64,000 bases of DNA from the human T2T-CHM13v2.0 reference genome, Homo sapiens, in the NCBI RefSeq assembly GCF_009914755.1, contig NC_060933.1. One strand, given 5' to 3'. Positions 51,672-64,000 of this stretch are shown here, piece after piece. The stretch's first letter is position 1; each line of letters begins with the position of its first letter. The notes beneath the pieces were generated by a model. It was not told the DNA's origin, did no database searches, and saw only the letters and a list, made by a program, of their open reading frames with translations. The position numbers were made by a program, and so were the translations under genes.

Positions 51672-54600
51672 TGGGTTTGGTTGGGTTCTTTTCACCAGAA
51701 ACAGATGAGCTTATGGCCAGGAAGCACTGGAGCCCCCGTGTGCATTTCCCCACTTTCCAGATGGGTGTAAGCGTCATGTCCCTGTGTTCACTGGTGAGGC
51801 CGGTGGTCTGGGGACTGAGCCCTGGCAGGCACAGGGAGCCGCCTTGCACTACTGGCACCCCCAGAGGAGGCTGCGGTGCTTGGCCCCGACCCACAGAGCC
51901 CAGCTGCTTCAGTGACTTGTGACCACAGAGCAGTCAGAGGCCGGCACCTGACCAGGGCCTGGGCCAGCGGCGCTCACCGTCCAGAGGTTGCGCACAGAGT
52001 GGAGAGGAAGCCGGGCCGGGAACTCTGTGGTGCACCGCGGTTGTTTGTGTTGACCCAGGAACTTGTGCAACGAACTGGGGCCCGGAAGGCTGGCTGCCCA
52101 TGGCCACACGCAAGGGGCAGGCCGAGGGGCCACCCAGGAGGCTGCCCAAGAGCCAGGGTGGCCTGGGCCAGTCCCACCAGGTCGAACCCACCCAGCTGGG
52201 GTCACAGTCCAAGAACAGTGAAAACTGAACATCTCTCCTGGCCCCGCAGGACCCTCCCCAGTCTCTGCCCCTGCATGGTGAGGGAAGAAGAGAGGCAGGA
52301 GGCCCGTGTCTCCCGGAGTGACGGCCTTGCAGAGGACAGCCTGGAGTGTGCAGGGGAGAGGAAGTGGGGAGGGGGCTGCAGACCCTCCCTCAGGACTCCC
52401 GGGCCTCCGCCAGGCTGACCTGGGGTTGGGGGTGCCGCTTGGACCGTGTCTGTCTCAGCTCCCCTGACAGAGCTCGGGCCACAGACCCCAAAGGCCCAGC
52501 CAGGCCAGTTATTGGGCCCCTGCCAGACCCAGGCCGGAGGCCGGAGAGGGGTGTGGGGCATTTCCAGCCCCCCACAACCAGCGCCTGCTATCTGGAGTGG
52601 CCTGGTCCCACCCGAGATAGTCGCCCACAGCAGAGATGGACGCTGAGACCTGAGTGCAGGGCCGGCTTGGGCTGGAGAGCCGCTCCATGTCTGCCCAGGG
52701 CACCTGGAGGGGACGCCCGGGGGCTCCACACAGCTCGGCAGAGCCTGGCAGCCTGGGCAGCCCCTGGAGGAAGCACGCCAAGGCCCAGAGAAGGGGGCGA
52801 GCTGCTGGGGTCACAGGAGCGTTTGGGCCCACACTGAGCTCCGCTTCCCAGGGGGCTCCTCCTCCCAGACCCTCGCAGTGGCCTCTGCATGCGGCTGCAC
52901 CCCTGCAGGCCCCCAGGGGCTCTCCTCCTGAGAGGGGACCTCAGGACGGAGGCCGCAGCCCCCTGTGCCCATGGGGCCACCCCTGCGGCATCCCCAGCCC
53001 GCAGGCCTCTGCCGGGAGGAGCCAGTGCCTCCCTCCGCGCCGGGCCCAGCGTGCGATTTCTGGGGACGGGGAGGAGATGCCCACCCCACCGCCACCTGGG
53101 GCCCCCCGGGCAGAGTGCGGCTGCCTCGCCCGTGTGGGGGGTCCTGGGATTCCAGAAAGCCCCCTCTTCCCACACGAAAGTCCTTTCAGGCCCCCCTAAG
53201 GCCCACCCAGCGCCTGCGGCCAACCTTTCTCTGCTCTTGCGACACCCGCCTGAGTGCTGAGGCAGAAATCTGACTCCCCGGCTCAGGCCCCAACCTGCCG
53301 GCCGCCCTCTCCGCAGGCTCCTCTCCCACGGGGAGGGCGCACCGGGCACAAGGACCCCGTGGAGACCTGCTGGTTCTGGGAGGCGGCGGGGGTCCTGCCC
53401 TGCCACGGCTCCTTGGGAAAAGGTGCTCTGTACACAGACCCTCGGCAGTGAGGTCCACCAAGGCCCCCGTACTGTGGCTTTCCCGCCTCTGAACAGGATG
53501 CTCTGCCGGGACCCTCACCAGATGCGTGGGCTGTGGCAGCCCCAGCCTGGCCCACGGCTGCTAGAGTCTGAGCCATCCCACCTCTCACAGGCAGGGAAGG
53601 CTGTGAACAACCACGTCTCCCAGGGCCCACGTTGTCCCCAGGCTGACCTCCCCAGCACAGCCCCTCTCGGCTCATGGGGGAAGGGGAGGGACCCTTGGGT
53701 GTGGAGTCTTGCCCTCACCCCAGGGACCCTGGGTGTCGGGGGAGATGGTGCGTTCTGCCCAGGCACGTATGGGGCTCAGGACGCCTCTCCAGGACACGAT
53801 CAGAGCCAGGGTGAAGAGGCAGGGCTGGGTGGGCTCGTGGGGCTGGGTGGGGGTAACCTGGCTGGAGGCCCACAGGCTCATGTCTAGCTGAGCCCAGCCT
53901 CACCTTCCCCCTGCTCCTCCTAGGCTGGGAACAGGTGGCCTGGTCCCCTCGGCTTCCCATTCCCAGCGCCGGCCGCCGCAGGTGGGGTGGGTAACGGGGG
54001 CCTTCCTTCCTCTGCAGCAGATGGTGAAGGAGCCGTGGTGACCTGGCCATAAACAAGGGTGGCCCCTCCCTGTGGGGGAAGCTGCCGGGGCAGGATGCTC
54101 GAGGTGGGCTCAGTGGTGGAGGGGCTGGCCATGGGATCAGGAGGCTCCTGAAGGTGGGCAACCTCCTCTCTACCCCAGGACCAGGCCCCTGCCATCCTCC
54201 AGGCTGAACCTGGTAGCGTGTGGTTGTGCAGGTTGAGCACTGCTCACAGGACCCGGGGCATCTTTCTAAGGTGTGAATTGGACGTCTTCGTGCACCAGCG
54301 AAACCCACCCCTGCCCGAGGGATGAAGTTCGAGTCCTTGGCCCCTGCCTGTCCCCCAACCCCCCACCTCATCCCGAGTGACTCCTCCGAGAGCCAGGCCA
54401 GCGAGCCACCCTGCTGTCCCCATCAGTGCCCGGTCACACGTGCCATCGCTGTGTGGTCCCTGGGACATCTTCTCCCCTGGTCGTTGGGTGCTGCCACGCC
54501 TGGAGTGGCCTAAATAAAACCACTTTGGAATCTCCAGGGTCCGACAGGAGCCCCTCACACTGAGGCTTGTGGAAGCCAGGTTTTGCTGGTGAAGGGTCCA

Positions 54601-57594
54601 GGACTAGAGTGCTGAGTGAGCCGAGGGCTGGGGGGCAGACAGGCCCAGGGGATCCTCTGGTCAGGGCCCAGCACAGCCCAAGGCAGGTGAGGACAGACCT
54701 GCGGCCCACCAGGGAGGGCACGGGCGGGACGCCAGGCCCAGCCCCATGCCTCAGGCTCCTGAGTCCTGTAGCCCCCAGGACCTGCGCCCTGCCTCTTCTG
54801 CCTCATCACACAGACACGTGGGGAGCAGCCTGGATCTTCTCTTCTGTGCAGGGGCTTTGCCCGGGCACCGCTCTCCCTAGCCACGGTGCCGCCCCTGCTG
54901 TCTCTCAGGCACATCGGTCGGTCTGCAGCCGCCTGGGGCATGAAACGCCTCTTCCCGGGAGCCTCCCCGGAGCTCCTGGGCAAAGCTGGTGTCTCCCCAG
55001 TCTTGCTGGGGCCAAGGCTGAGCCCCCTACAGGGAGTCCTGAGGGGCCTTCATGGGCCTGGTGGGCTCTGGGGCCGTTGGAAGCCCCTTTGTGGTGCAGA
55101 GACTGGGTGGCCTAGGTCAGCTGCATCCTTGCTGGGTGCCTCAGTTTCCCCATGTGTGAAGCAGACAATATGTCTGAAGCCAGTGGGCCTAGGAGGCTCC
55201 AGCCAGAGCCCCGTGATGGGGGACCCGCCTCTGATGCTGCTGGGCTCTCAGGGCAGCCCCGGCCGGTTCCCACCAGGCAGCTCCTGGTGTGGAGAGCGGG
55301 CACATGCCCGGGCAGCATCCTCCACAGCTGGCTGCTCAGAGGACGGGGCGCCTGCCCCACACCCACCGTGGGCTCATGCCCCTCAGGGTCAGGGTTCAGG
55401 GAGGCCCCGTGCACTCCTGGCTCTGGGCCCCTCCTCCTTTCTCCTTCCTTCTCTCCAGTGGCCCACGAAGGACCCGGGGCCACTCCTGGGACCCAGAGAC
55501 CAGGCCTCGGTGCTCCCGGGGCCCTGGGTGAATGCTGGGAATGTGGGGCTCCCTATCCTGGGAACCCCAGGGCTGCCAAGGAGGCCCAAAGACTCTGGGC
55601 TCTGTGTCTGGCTCTTGGGACAGCAGGACAGCAGGGATCTCTGGGGTGGCCCAGGCCCCACACCTGACCCAGGGCCCACCACAGCCCAGATCAGTGACTC
55701 CAACAAGGAAGGAACTGCTCTGGCGAGCCTCCTCCACCCCTACAGACCCCTGCTGGCCACATGGCCAGACACCCAGCTCTGCCTCCTGTCCTGATGGAGA
55801 CAGCTATTTAGCGCCAGCTGTGTGCAGCCACGCACTGCTTCAGGGGCAGAGCTGAGGGGCAGGCGTGGGAGCTGCAGCCAGGGGCCAGCCCCCGAGGGGC
55901 TGGAGGTTGGTACTCTCTGCCCCAGCTCCAGGACAGGGCCAGGGTCAGCGGCCAGGAAGGGCAGAAGCTGGGGGCTGGGCTCAAGAAGGTGGGCACTCAC
56001 CTGGAGCCACTCCACACCCTCCTCCCCGGCTCAGCACTTTCTCACGCTCAGAGCTGGCACGGGGGCCAGGCCTCGCTGGGGCTTGTCCTGGCCCTGGGAA
56101 GGCGGGCGAGGCTTTCCTCTGGGCCCAGGGGCAGGGGCCGCTGCAGGTTGGGACACGTCTGGAGTGGGGGAGCCCGGTTGCAACACCGGCTGAGCAGCTG
56201 CAGGATCTCGTGGGGCTGCAGGAGGCCCAGCCCCCACTGCACATGTCCCAGCCTGCTCGGTCCCCAGAGAGGACAGGGGGCATCAGAGAGAGGCAGCTCC
56301 CAAAACTTGGACCTAGAGACCTGGGCCAAGGCCCTGTCCCTCCCTGGTCCTCCATGTTCTCCCTTTGAATTTGGGGAACCTGGTCAGAGCACCCATGTGG
56401 GATCTTGTGCGCACAGCACACACCACGCCTTGTCAGGGCCTGGGATGGTCAGCAGCATCTCAGCCTCAGCGCTACTCTCTGGAGAGTGGGATGACGGGGC
56501 CACGTCAGCTGCTGGGAGGCTCCCAGGAGGAAGCCGCACACTAGGGACTCTTGCCCAGCTGTGTGGTGGCTGTGCCTTCAGGACGTGCAGTCAGGAATTC
56601 CTAAGGGCCCCTGAGCCTGAGGACTGGGGATGGAGGCCTGTGGCCCCTGGCTCTCAGCCTCACCCAGCCCCAGGCTTTGACCTCAGAGCTGTCCACCCAG
56701 AACTGCTGGGGCTCCTCAGCCCCCTGGAGCTGGGAGCTGGGCGGAGTCACCCTCAGACGGTGCACCTGCCCCAGACCTGCTCCAGCCGCCAGCCAGTCTC
56801 TCAGAGCCAGCCGGGCCCCTCTGGCCACACAGGCCTCGACCCCTGCACGAACCCGCTGGAGGTGATGCCTCACCTGGAGGTCTCACCCGCAGACTCCTGG
56901 GATGGGCCTCTGGTTCTAAGGACAAACTGGCTCCTCCTGGGACCCACCTGCCTCAATGGGTCTATAGGGACCCAGGCTGTTGTCAGCCCCCAGGAGCAGC
57001 CAAGGCCCCCGTGCATCCTTGGCCAGTCAGATTTGTCACACTGGGATGAGAGACAGGCCAGAGGGGCCTTGGATGGCTCCCGTCCAGCCATCACCCCTGC
57101 CCACTCTGTTCCTGGGGAAACCGAGGCCCAGGGAGATACAGACCCATGGCTGGCTTCCTGAGTCACAGAACCTGGGGGAAGCGCCCGGCCTCTCCCACCT
57201 TGGTCTGCAGGCCTGCAAAGCCCTCCATCTCCCCGGCCCCTCGCCCTGGGCAGGAAGGCGGGAACGGGGACACTGGGCTCTGGGGAAGGGAACTCACAGG
57301 TTAGGAGCTCCATCTGCAGGAATCTCGTGCTGTCCTCAGAGCTGGGCAGGGTGAGAGGCAGGTCCCCTGGGAGGCAGCCCCCGACACCCAGCCACTCTCT
57401 GGCAGCCTCCCAGGCCGGCGTGGGAATGTGGCTGGCGGGAACGGGGCCTCTCCCCTGGGGAATCAGCTGCTGGGTGCTGGCCAAGAACGCTCTGATCCAA
57501 AGAGGAAGCAAAGTTCAGCTGCAGCAACTTGACCCAGGACAGCTGGGGAAAAATGGGCGGCCGGGGCAGGGGCAGAGACTGTCCAGACCAGGTT

Positions 57595-58152
57595 GAACTC
57601 CAGCCCCTGCCCTGGTCTGATCCTTAATCTCAGCTACAGTCTGAGCCCTGATCCGAGCTACAGATTAAGTCTTGACAGACACAGTCTGCGTGTCTACTCC
57701 AGCTATGGACTCATCCCTAATCCCAGCTACAGGCTGGCCTCTGATCCCAGTCACACACTGAACCCTCATCCCAGCCATACACCAAGTCCTTACCCCAGCC
57801 GCAGACTAACCCCTGAGGCCACCTATAGGTCGACCCCTCACCCTGGTCACAGACTGAGCCCCCATCACCAGCCCAAATTGACCCTTGATCCCAGACTAAG
57901 CTGAGCCCTGGTCAAAAGCATAGACTGACCCCTGATCCCAGCTACAAACTAAACTCTGCTCCCAGCCATAGCCTGAGCCCTGACCCAGGCACAGAATGAG
58001 TTCCCATCCCAGCCACGGGGTGACCTCTGACCTCAATCAGAGCCTGGCTTCTGATCCCAGGCACAGACTGACCCTGGCTCCAAACCAACCTTAGCCTCAG
58101 CTCTGCGGATCTCCAACTCAAACTCTGCCCAAACCCCAGACTGAGTCCATCC
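57595..58152. repeat. Ancient degenerate 24-bp tandem repeat (CTGAGCCCTGATCCCAGCTACAGA-like), about 22 copies
   Basis: Recurring ctga.ccctgatcccag...caga at about 24-bp spacing. Confidence 0.7.
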
Positions 58153-58688
58153 CGAGTGGCATTTGCCGAGGGCGAGCGCCTCCCGCCACTCTGGAAGTGA
58201 CTGTCGACTCTGCTGGGCCCCATCATGCCTCCCTGGCTGCCATGTCCCCTCCTGGCCCTGCACTTTCAAGGGAACTCGGGCCAGCTGGAGCGGGTGCAGG
58301 AGGGAGGCCAGGCGCAGGCCGGAGGGCAGCTGAGGGAGCCAGGCAGGCCAGTGTGGGGCTGGGAGGCCAGGTCGCCGGCTTGCCAAGTGCCTGCTGTGTG
58401 TCAGCACGTCCCCTCCACCACCTCAACTCTTCCTAGCCAGCACCAAAAGGTGGAGAGCCAGGCTGGACGGGGCAGCAACGGCAAAGCAGACAGCAGGTGC
58501 ATGGTGGCCGAGCTCCAACCATGTCCATCCAAACCCAACCTGGTTGGCCCTTGCTGGAGACAAACCCCAACCCCGTCCGGCAGATGCCCACCTGCAGGGT
58601 GGGACTGCGGGGGTGGCAGGGGCTCCTGGGTTGGTGGTGTGCCCCGGGGTGCCGGAGATGCCTCGGACCGGGAAGCCAGAGCCACGAC

Positions 58689-58766
58689 GGGTCGGGGCAG
58701 GGGTCGGGGCAGGGCGGGGCAGGGGTGGGGGCAGGGCGGGGGCAGGGGTGGGGGCAGGGCGGGGGC
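58689..58766. repeat. G-run tract (GGGGCAGGG/GGGCGGGG), G-quadruplex and GC-box potential
   Basis: More than 10 runs of 3 or more G with 1-2 nt spacers. Confidence 0.85.
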
Positions 58767-58834
58767 ACCTGCACTCTCAGCCCTTGCAGCTGCCAGCCTG
58801 GGGTCTGGTGCTGGGAATCCCATGCTGGGGGAGA

Positions 58835-58992
58835 AGAGGCTGTTTATTGGGAGCTGAGCGATCCTCTAATCTCTGCCTTATCGCCGCCTGTTTGCCCAGT
58901 GAGAGTGCAAACACAGGGGTGGAGGTCACAGGGCTGTGGGGAGGGGCCCACACTATTTGCCTGACTTCTCCCAGTGGTGTTAAAAATAGCAC
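58835..58992. promoter_or_regulatory. Candidate enhancer/promoter (FOX x4, GATA-like, K50 homeobox, NR half-site, MEF2)
   Basis: TGTTTAT 58841, TAATCT 58867, CTTATC 58877, TGTTTGC 58889, GCAAACA 58907, AGGTCA 58923, TATTTGC 58954, TTAAAAATAG 58980. Confidence 0.45.
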
Positions 58993-60088
58993 AGAGCTCT
59001 GGGCTCAGAGGGGTCTACGGAGTTCCCGCCTGGCCCCTGGCTCACGGGCACCAGCTGCCAGGTGGAGGCCTGAGGTATTGACACTCCCCGGCTCTGTGTT
59101 TGGCTTCTGATAGCGGCCCAGGAGGGCGTGGCTGGAGGGGCCCTTTCTCAAGAAAAGCCCAGAGAAGTGGTGTCCAGCCCCCTGCCCTGCCCACCTCGCC
59201 GCCCCCCACACCATCCCAGCCCACACCTGGACTGGGGGCAGGGGGGACCCAGGAAGCCCAGCTGGAGCACGGGGAGGGGCTGGAGGCTGGCTCCCAGCTC
59301 CCTGCTGCTGCCAGGACTGGCTGGGGCTGGGGTAGTGAAGCCCCAGGGAGAGGCAGGCCCAGTGCCGAGTCTGAGCCCATCCAGGGAGCCCCGTGCTCTG
59401 CCCCTAGAAGGCAGCATTGCCTGGTGGTGGCGGCACCTGAAGGGTTCCATGACCTGGTGCAGCCGCGGAACTGTGGAGCCTGTTTCCCCAGCTGCAAAGA
59501 CGGGTACTCATGGTTCCTACGTCCTGAGGTGTGGCAGAGATGGATGCAAAGCTCATTGCAATGCAGGCATCAGCACTGCTCCACAGCCTCCAAGCCGAGG
59601 CCCTGCCTGTCCTAGCGCGCTTCTCACGGTCATCCCCGCCTGGTGGAGGACACAGGCTGGTGCCGGCTCCTGGCACCCCGAAGAAGATCCTTTTCCTTTC
59701 TGAGTTGAATGAGATTTAATCACCCTCATTACCTGGTTTACAGTGCCTCTGGGGTGCTTCAAAGCTCTCCTGGCACCAGCAGCGTGGGGAGCCCTCCCTG
59801 CCCCCGGGAGACGGATGTTGGCTGGAAGATCCCCAGGTTCATGGAGCCACGGGGCCACCCCACAGGCTTTGGGCCCAAAGGACCTGGAGAATGGGGCAGG
59901 GAGATGATGGGTGGGCTTGGTGCCCTTGAGGCGCCTCGACGGGGCCACCAGACCGGCAGGTGCCATCACTGTATCTGCCCGGCACAGACACAGACTCGCT
60001 CCACCCCCAGGGCTGCAAGGCCAGGCAGGGTGGGCCCGGCCAAGGCGGTGATAACACAGTGGCCATCTCGGGGGTGGGCCAGCTCGGG

Positions 60089-60348
60089 CCAGGGCTGCGG
60101 CGCCACATGGATGGGGCCGGGGCATCTTCCTGAGCACCCCTCCACAAAAATAAAAGTAGTAAACAACATCATATTTTATGTCTGTGCTGGCATAAAGACA
60201 AATATATTCATATTATGTATTAAAGCATTTTCTTGGCCCTAAAAGTTCAGTTTTTTTCTCCTGATTTTAAAAGAAATTAAAATATTTCTGTGAGGCCCTG
60301 CAAGCCTCCCAGGTGCTGGTGTTCGGGCCTAAAGCCGGAGTCGGCCCG
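60089..60348 (-). mobile_element. MER69A/Arthur1-type hAT-Tip100 non-autonomous DNA transposon
   Basis: tataaagac.aatatatt.atattat.tattaaa.cattttctt..cctaaaagttca.ttttttct.ctgattttaaaagaaattaaaa matches the recalled consensus; ends cagggc.../...gtcggccc. Confidence 0.8.
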
Positions 60349-60549
60349 CAGGGGATGCCAGAGCTCAGAGATGGGGACCGAGAGAGGGGTTAGAAAAGCG
60401 TCTCAGAGCCATCGGGCCGGGAGAGAAGAGGCAGGAAGAAAGGGGGGTCGCAGAGACGGTTGTGGAGGCCAGCTGGTCCCAGCAGCCGTGCCTGTGGCCA
60501 CAGCGGCCGGAGGTGGCAGCAGCTGGACGAGATCCCGCAACATCCTGGA

Positions 60550-60612
60550 GGCTGCGGGCGGGGCGCGTGGAAGTTGGGGGCTGCGGGCGGGGCGCGTGGA
60601 AGGTGGGGGCTG
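60550..60612. repeat. 29-bp CpG-rich tandem duplication carrying GC boxes
   Basis: ggctgcgggcggggcgcgtggaag(t/g)tggg x2. Confidence 0.88.
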
Positions 60613-62807
60613 GGGCTCCGGGGAAAGTACTGCTGCTGGGGTCGGCTACGGTGGGGCCTGGGTCCAGCTTTCTGGGGACTCAGTGAGCAGGGGTGCTGAG
60701 GCCCAAGCTGGCTGCCGGGGAGATCAAGTGGCTGGCCCGAGCCCCAGGCCTCAGTTTCCCCACCTGTACAAGGGAGGGTTGGATAAGAGGGTCTCCAGAG
60801 AGGTTCCTAAAAGCCAAAGGAAGAAATTGTGGTGCTGGCGGAAAGGGGAGTGTCATCTCGGTCAAGGGGTCTTCACCCAGTATTCCAGAAAGGCGATGGG
60901 GTGAGGCAGCTCCCCCCGGCCCCACAATCACTGTGTCTTCCAGCTAGAGCTCAGCCCTCTCTCCCGGGACTCCTCCTGGGGTCTGCCTGCCCAGGGACAG
61001 ACGCCGGGCCAGCTGCCAGCCGGCCCTCTGTCCCCCTACCTGTGGGCGAGCGCCTCCCCCTGCCTTCTTGCTCCCTCAGGGAAGTTGCCATCAATCAGGC
61101 CCCAGCGTTTCCTGTCACTGCGCAGGTTCCCACGGCCTCTGCCCTTGACCCCCAGCCTGGGCATGGCCCGCCCACCCTCCTTGGCCCCCAGCAGCCCCTC
61201 AAGGACGCAGGGCAGGCCCCCCGGGCCTGGTGGTAGCAACCCTGCCTCATGGACCTGCCTGTCCTGTGAACACTGGGAGAGCCACTCAGAATCCTGGCTT
61301 CGGACACCGCCCTGTGCACCTCGAGGAAGAAGCTGCAGCTGATGGCACAGGTGAGCAAGCGGGAACTCCACAGGCTCCCTGCCCTGGGTTTGCCCCTGGG
61401 GCCCTCGGCTCCTCTCCCCAGCAACCTGTGTGTCCGGGATTCCCCCGCCTCTGTCCTGTGTCCAGCTGGGGAGTGGGGCCCCGGGATGGATCGTGGGAAC
61501 AGCCACGGGGCCACTGAACAAGGCTTGAGAGGGCTGGGCAGGGTGGAGGCGGCTGCACCTGTGCCTGTCTTGCTGGGGGGTCCCTGGAGACTGGGGTCCT
61601 CGCCTGGGCCCTGTGCCCACCACTCTGCACTTTGGTTTCCTGGTGGCATCAGGACCCATCACTCTGGGCCAGCCGAGGGCTATCCAGCTAGGACACCCAG
61701 GCCTGGTGGCTGCCCAAGGCCCCTGAGCCTGGGCCCGGTCAGGGCTTCCCAGCCCCTTCTCCCTTCTTGGCAAACAAAGGCCCTGCCAGCCATATGCTGC
61801 GACTCTGATTTGTTGGGCGGGGGACCTGGGGCATTGGGCACGCCTCACCCCACCCACCCTGGCACAGCACAAATGCTTCTTAGCCTGCACAGTTCCTCTC
61901 TGCACCCCATAACCTCTCAAACTAAGCTGCTCCCCACAGCTGGGTCACCATCACCCCAGCTGCCCAACCGAGGCGTGTCACAGTGAAGGCCCTAGCCCTG
62001 CCTGTTGCAGGGGTGAGGGGAGGGGGGCGACGACACCACCCTGTCCCCAGCTCCACTCCCTCAGGCACCGTCTCCTCCTCACAGCCCCCACTGGTCTCCT
62101 TACTGCGGTGCCCAAGACTGGGCACCATCCTGGACTGGGGTCTGGTGCTGGGAATCTCACACTGGACCCCCAACCTGGCTCCCATGGGCCTGTCCTGCCC
62201 AGCCCCAGGCTGCCCCTCAGCAGCTCTCACCCCCTAGACCCCAGACTCCTGTCTCCCCTTCCCCACTCCTCCCAGGCTGGGCTGGGTCCCGCTGTGCCCA
62301 TGTCTGCCCGCATATCTGTAGGACCACTCGCTGCCTCACCCCTGCACCCCCACCTGCCGGCCACAGCCACTCCCAGCCTGCACCTGCCAGGGCTTCACAA
62401 ATGACCAAGGGGAAATGAAAACACAACTCTTCTGAGTTCAGCTGTCCAAGGCAGAGGCTGGGCAGTGCCCCCTGCCCACCAGCTCCTGGAGCTGAGCCAG
62501 GGGCTCTGGGAGTGGGGGAAGGAGTCAAAGACCCCCGAGCAGAGGAGAGACTGGAGAGGGACTGGTTGGGGTGAATCGGCCTCCAGCGTCTTCCAGCAAA
62601 GCGTCTCCTCCCACCCACGCTGGCCTGCGACCATTCCCCAGACACCTGGCGCCACCCACCGGGCCAAGTGGAGGCTGCGTGTGGGAGGGCTGTAGCCCTC
62701 AATGCCCTGGGGTGCTCAGATGAGGAGGGGGCTGAGAAGGGGAGGGGCCCTAGATGGGGAGGAACAGAGAAGCCCTGTTAGACGCATGCCTTGAAGAAAC
62801 TTGGTTT

Positions 62808-63634
62808 ACACACACACACATGCTTCCATGTGCGTGCACACACTGGCAGACACACGTACATACACACGCACACATGCTCACACAGATGCCCATGCTTGCA
62901 CACACCCATCCACGCTCACTAATACACATGCACGCATGCTCACAAACTGATGCCCGCATGCTCACACACAAGCACACGTGCTCACACACACATACGCATG
63001 CATGCTCACACACATATACACGTACATGCATGCTCACACGTGCACACATACACATGCACCCATACTCACACACATACATACATGCCTGCACACACACACG
63101 CATGCTCACACAGACTACCGCATGCTCGCACACGCACACATGCACACATGCTCACATACATACACGCATGCATGCTCACACATATACACACGCATGCATG
63201 CTCACACACATGCTCGCACACATACATACACACATGCTTACACACACGCACGCATGCTCACAGACTCCTGCATGCTCACACACGTGCTAACACACGCACG
63301 TGCTCACACATACACATGCACAAATGATCACACACACACCTGCATGCATGATCACACATGCACACATATGCACCCATGCTTGCACACATGCTGACACACA
63401 TACGCACGCAGGCATGGTCACACGCATACACATGCACACATGCTCTCTCACACACACACATACATGCACACACATACATGCTCACACACACGCACACATA
63501 CACACACGCCCATGCTCGCACACACACACGCATGCTCACACACGCACACACGCACCCATGCTCACACACACACCACACACGCATGCTCCCACACATACAC
63601 ACATACATGCTCTCACACACTCTATCACACATAC
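62808..63634. repeat. Degenerate (CA)n simple repeat rich in CATGCTCACA
   Basis: Visible directly. Confidence 0.95.
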
Positions 63635-63929
63635 GACTGTTCCTGGGGCTGTGCTGCCCCCCTGTGGCTGCTGACAACTCCATGTCCAGCCCACTCAGCT
63701 GCTGGATCCCCAGGAGGGCCACCATGGATGTCTGGGGCCGAGGAGGCACACAGCCACCCGGGGCCAGGGAGCACCAAGGCCTGGGTAAGGGCAGAAGCCG
63801 CCAAGCCCCCGGTTTGCTCCACCCCTCAGTCCCCATCACAGTCTGGGCCAGGACTCAGAGCCCTGGGTTCCCCAACGAACCTGCCCCTCCAGGGAACCCA
63901 GGACCCCTTAGGACAGAGCTCCAGACCCC

Positions 63930-64000
63930 ATCAAGGACTAAAGGAAGAAAATTAAGCACAAACAAGGTAGAAGAAATAATGAAAACACGAGTGGACAGAA
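63930..64000 (+). mobile_element. Probable L1 ORF2 fragment running off the window edge
   Basis: Abrupt A-rich switch; aattaagcacaaacaaggtagaagaaataatgaaaa resembles L1 ORF2. Confidence 0.45.

Noticed and set aside
54505-54530. AATAAA as a gene 3' end
   Set aside because: No supported upstream exons and no clear downstream GU-rich element; the hexamer alone is uninformative.
58401-58823. 140-aa ATG-initiated ORF on the - strand downstream of an AATAAA/TATA-like word
   Set aside because: Its Pro-rich core is the complement of the G4 tract; no recognisable domain.
60141-60290. AT-rich island as a 3' UTR or conserved element
   Set aside because: Explained by a MER69A/Arthur1-type DNA transposon.

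Overview
This is primate, most likely human, genomic DNA: it carries AluJ, AluS and AluY elements. It is very GC-rich and dense in VNTRs, as subtelomeric regions are. I cannot assign the locus and cannot support any protein-coding gene. Every long ORF in the track comes from a low-complexity repeat, GC-rich sequence or a decayed transposon, and many begin at GTG/TTG rather than ATG. The window holds 11 Alus, several old L1M, L2 and MIR fragments, four MLT1 LTRs, an LTR16/HERV16-like (ERV-L) proviral remnant with recognisable RT motifs, Tigger2a and MER69A DNA transposons, and about 15 tandem or simple repeats, several born inside transposons. I found no demonstrably new biological system. The best leads are: (i) compact motif clusters that look like enhancers (TCF/LEF+CDX/HOX13 at 40.6 kb, FOX/GATA/MEF2 beside a G4 tract at 58.8 kb, UPRE+C/EBP-ATF+CArG at 26.9 kb, repeated GGGTTAA at 19.3-19.8 kb); (ii) VNTRs that multiply a TF motif (MRE, CRE-like, E-box, nuclear-receptor half-site); (iii) strong AT-to-GC drift in old L1 copies. 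Repeat family names come from my recall of consensus sequences and coordinates were counted by hand, so both need RepeatMasker/TRF confirmation.
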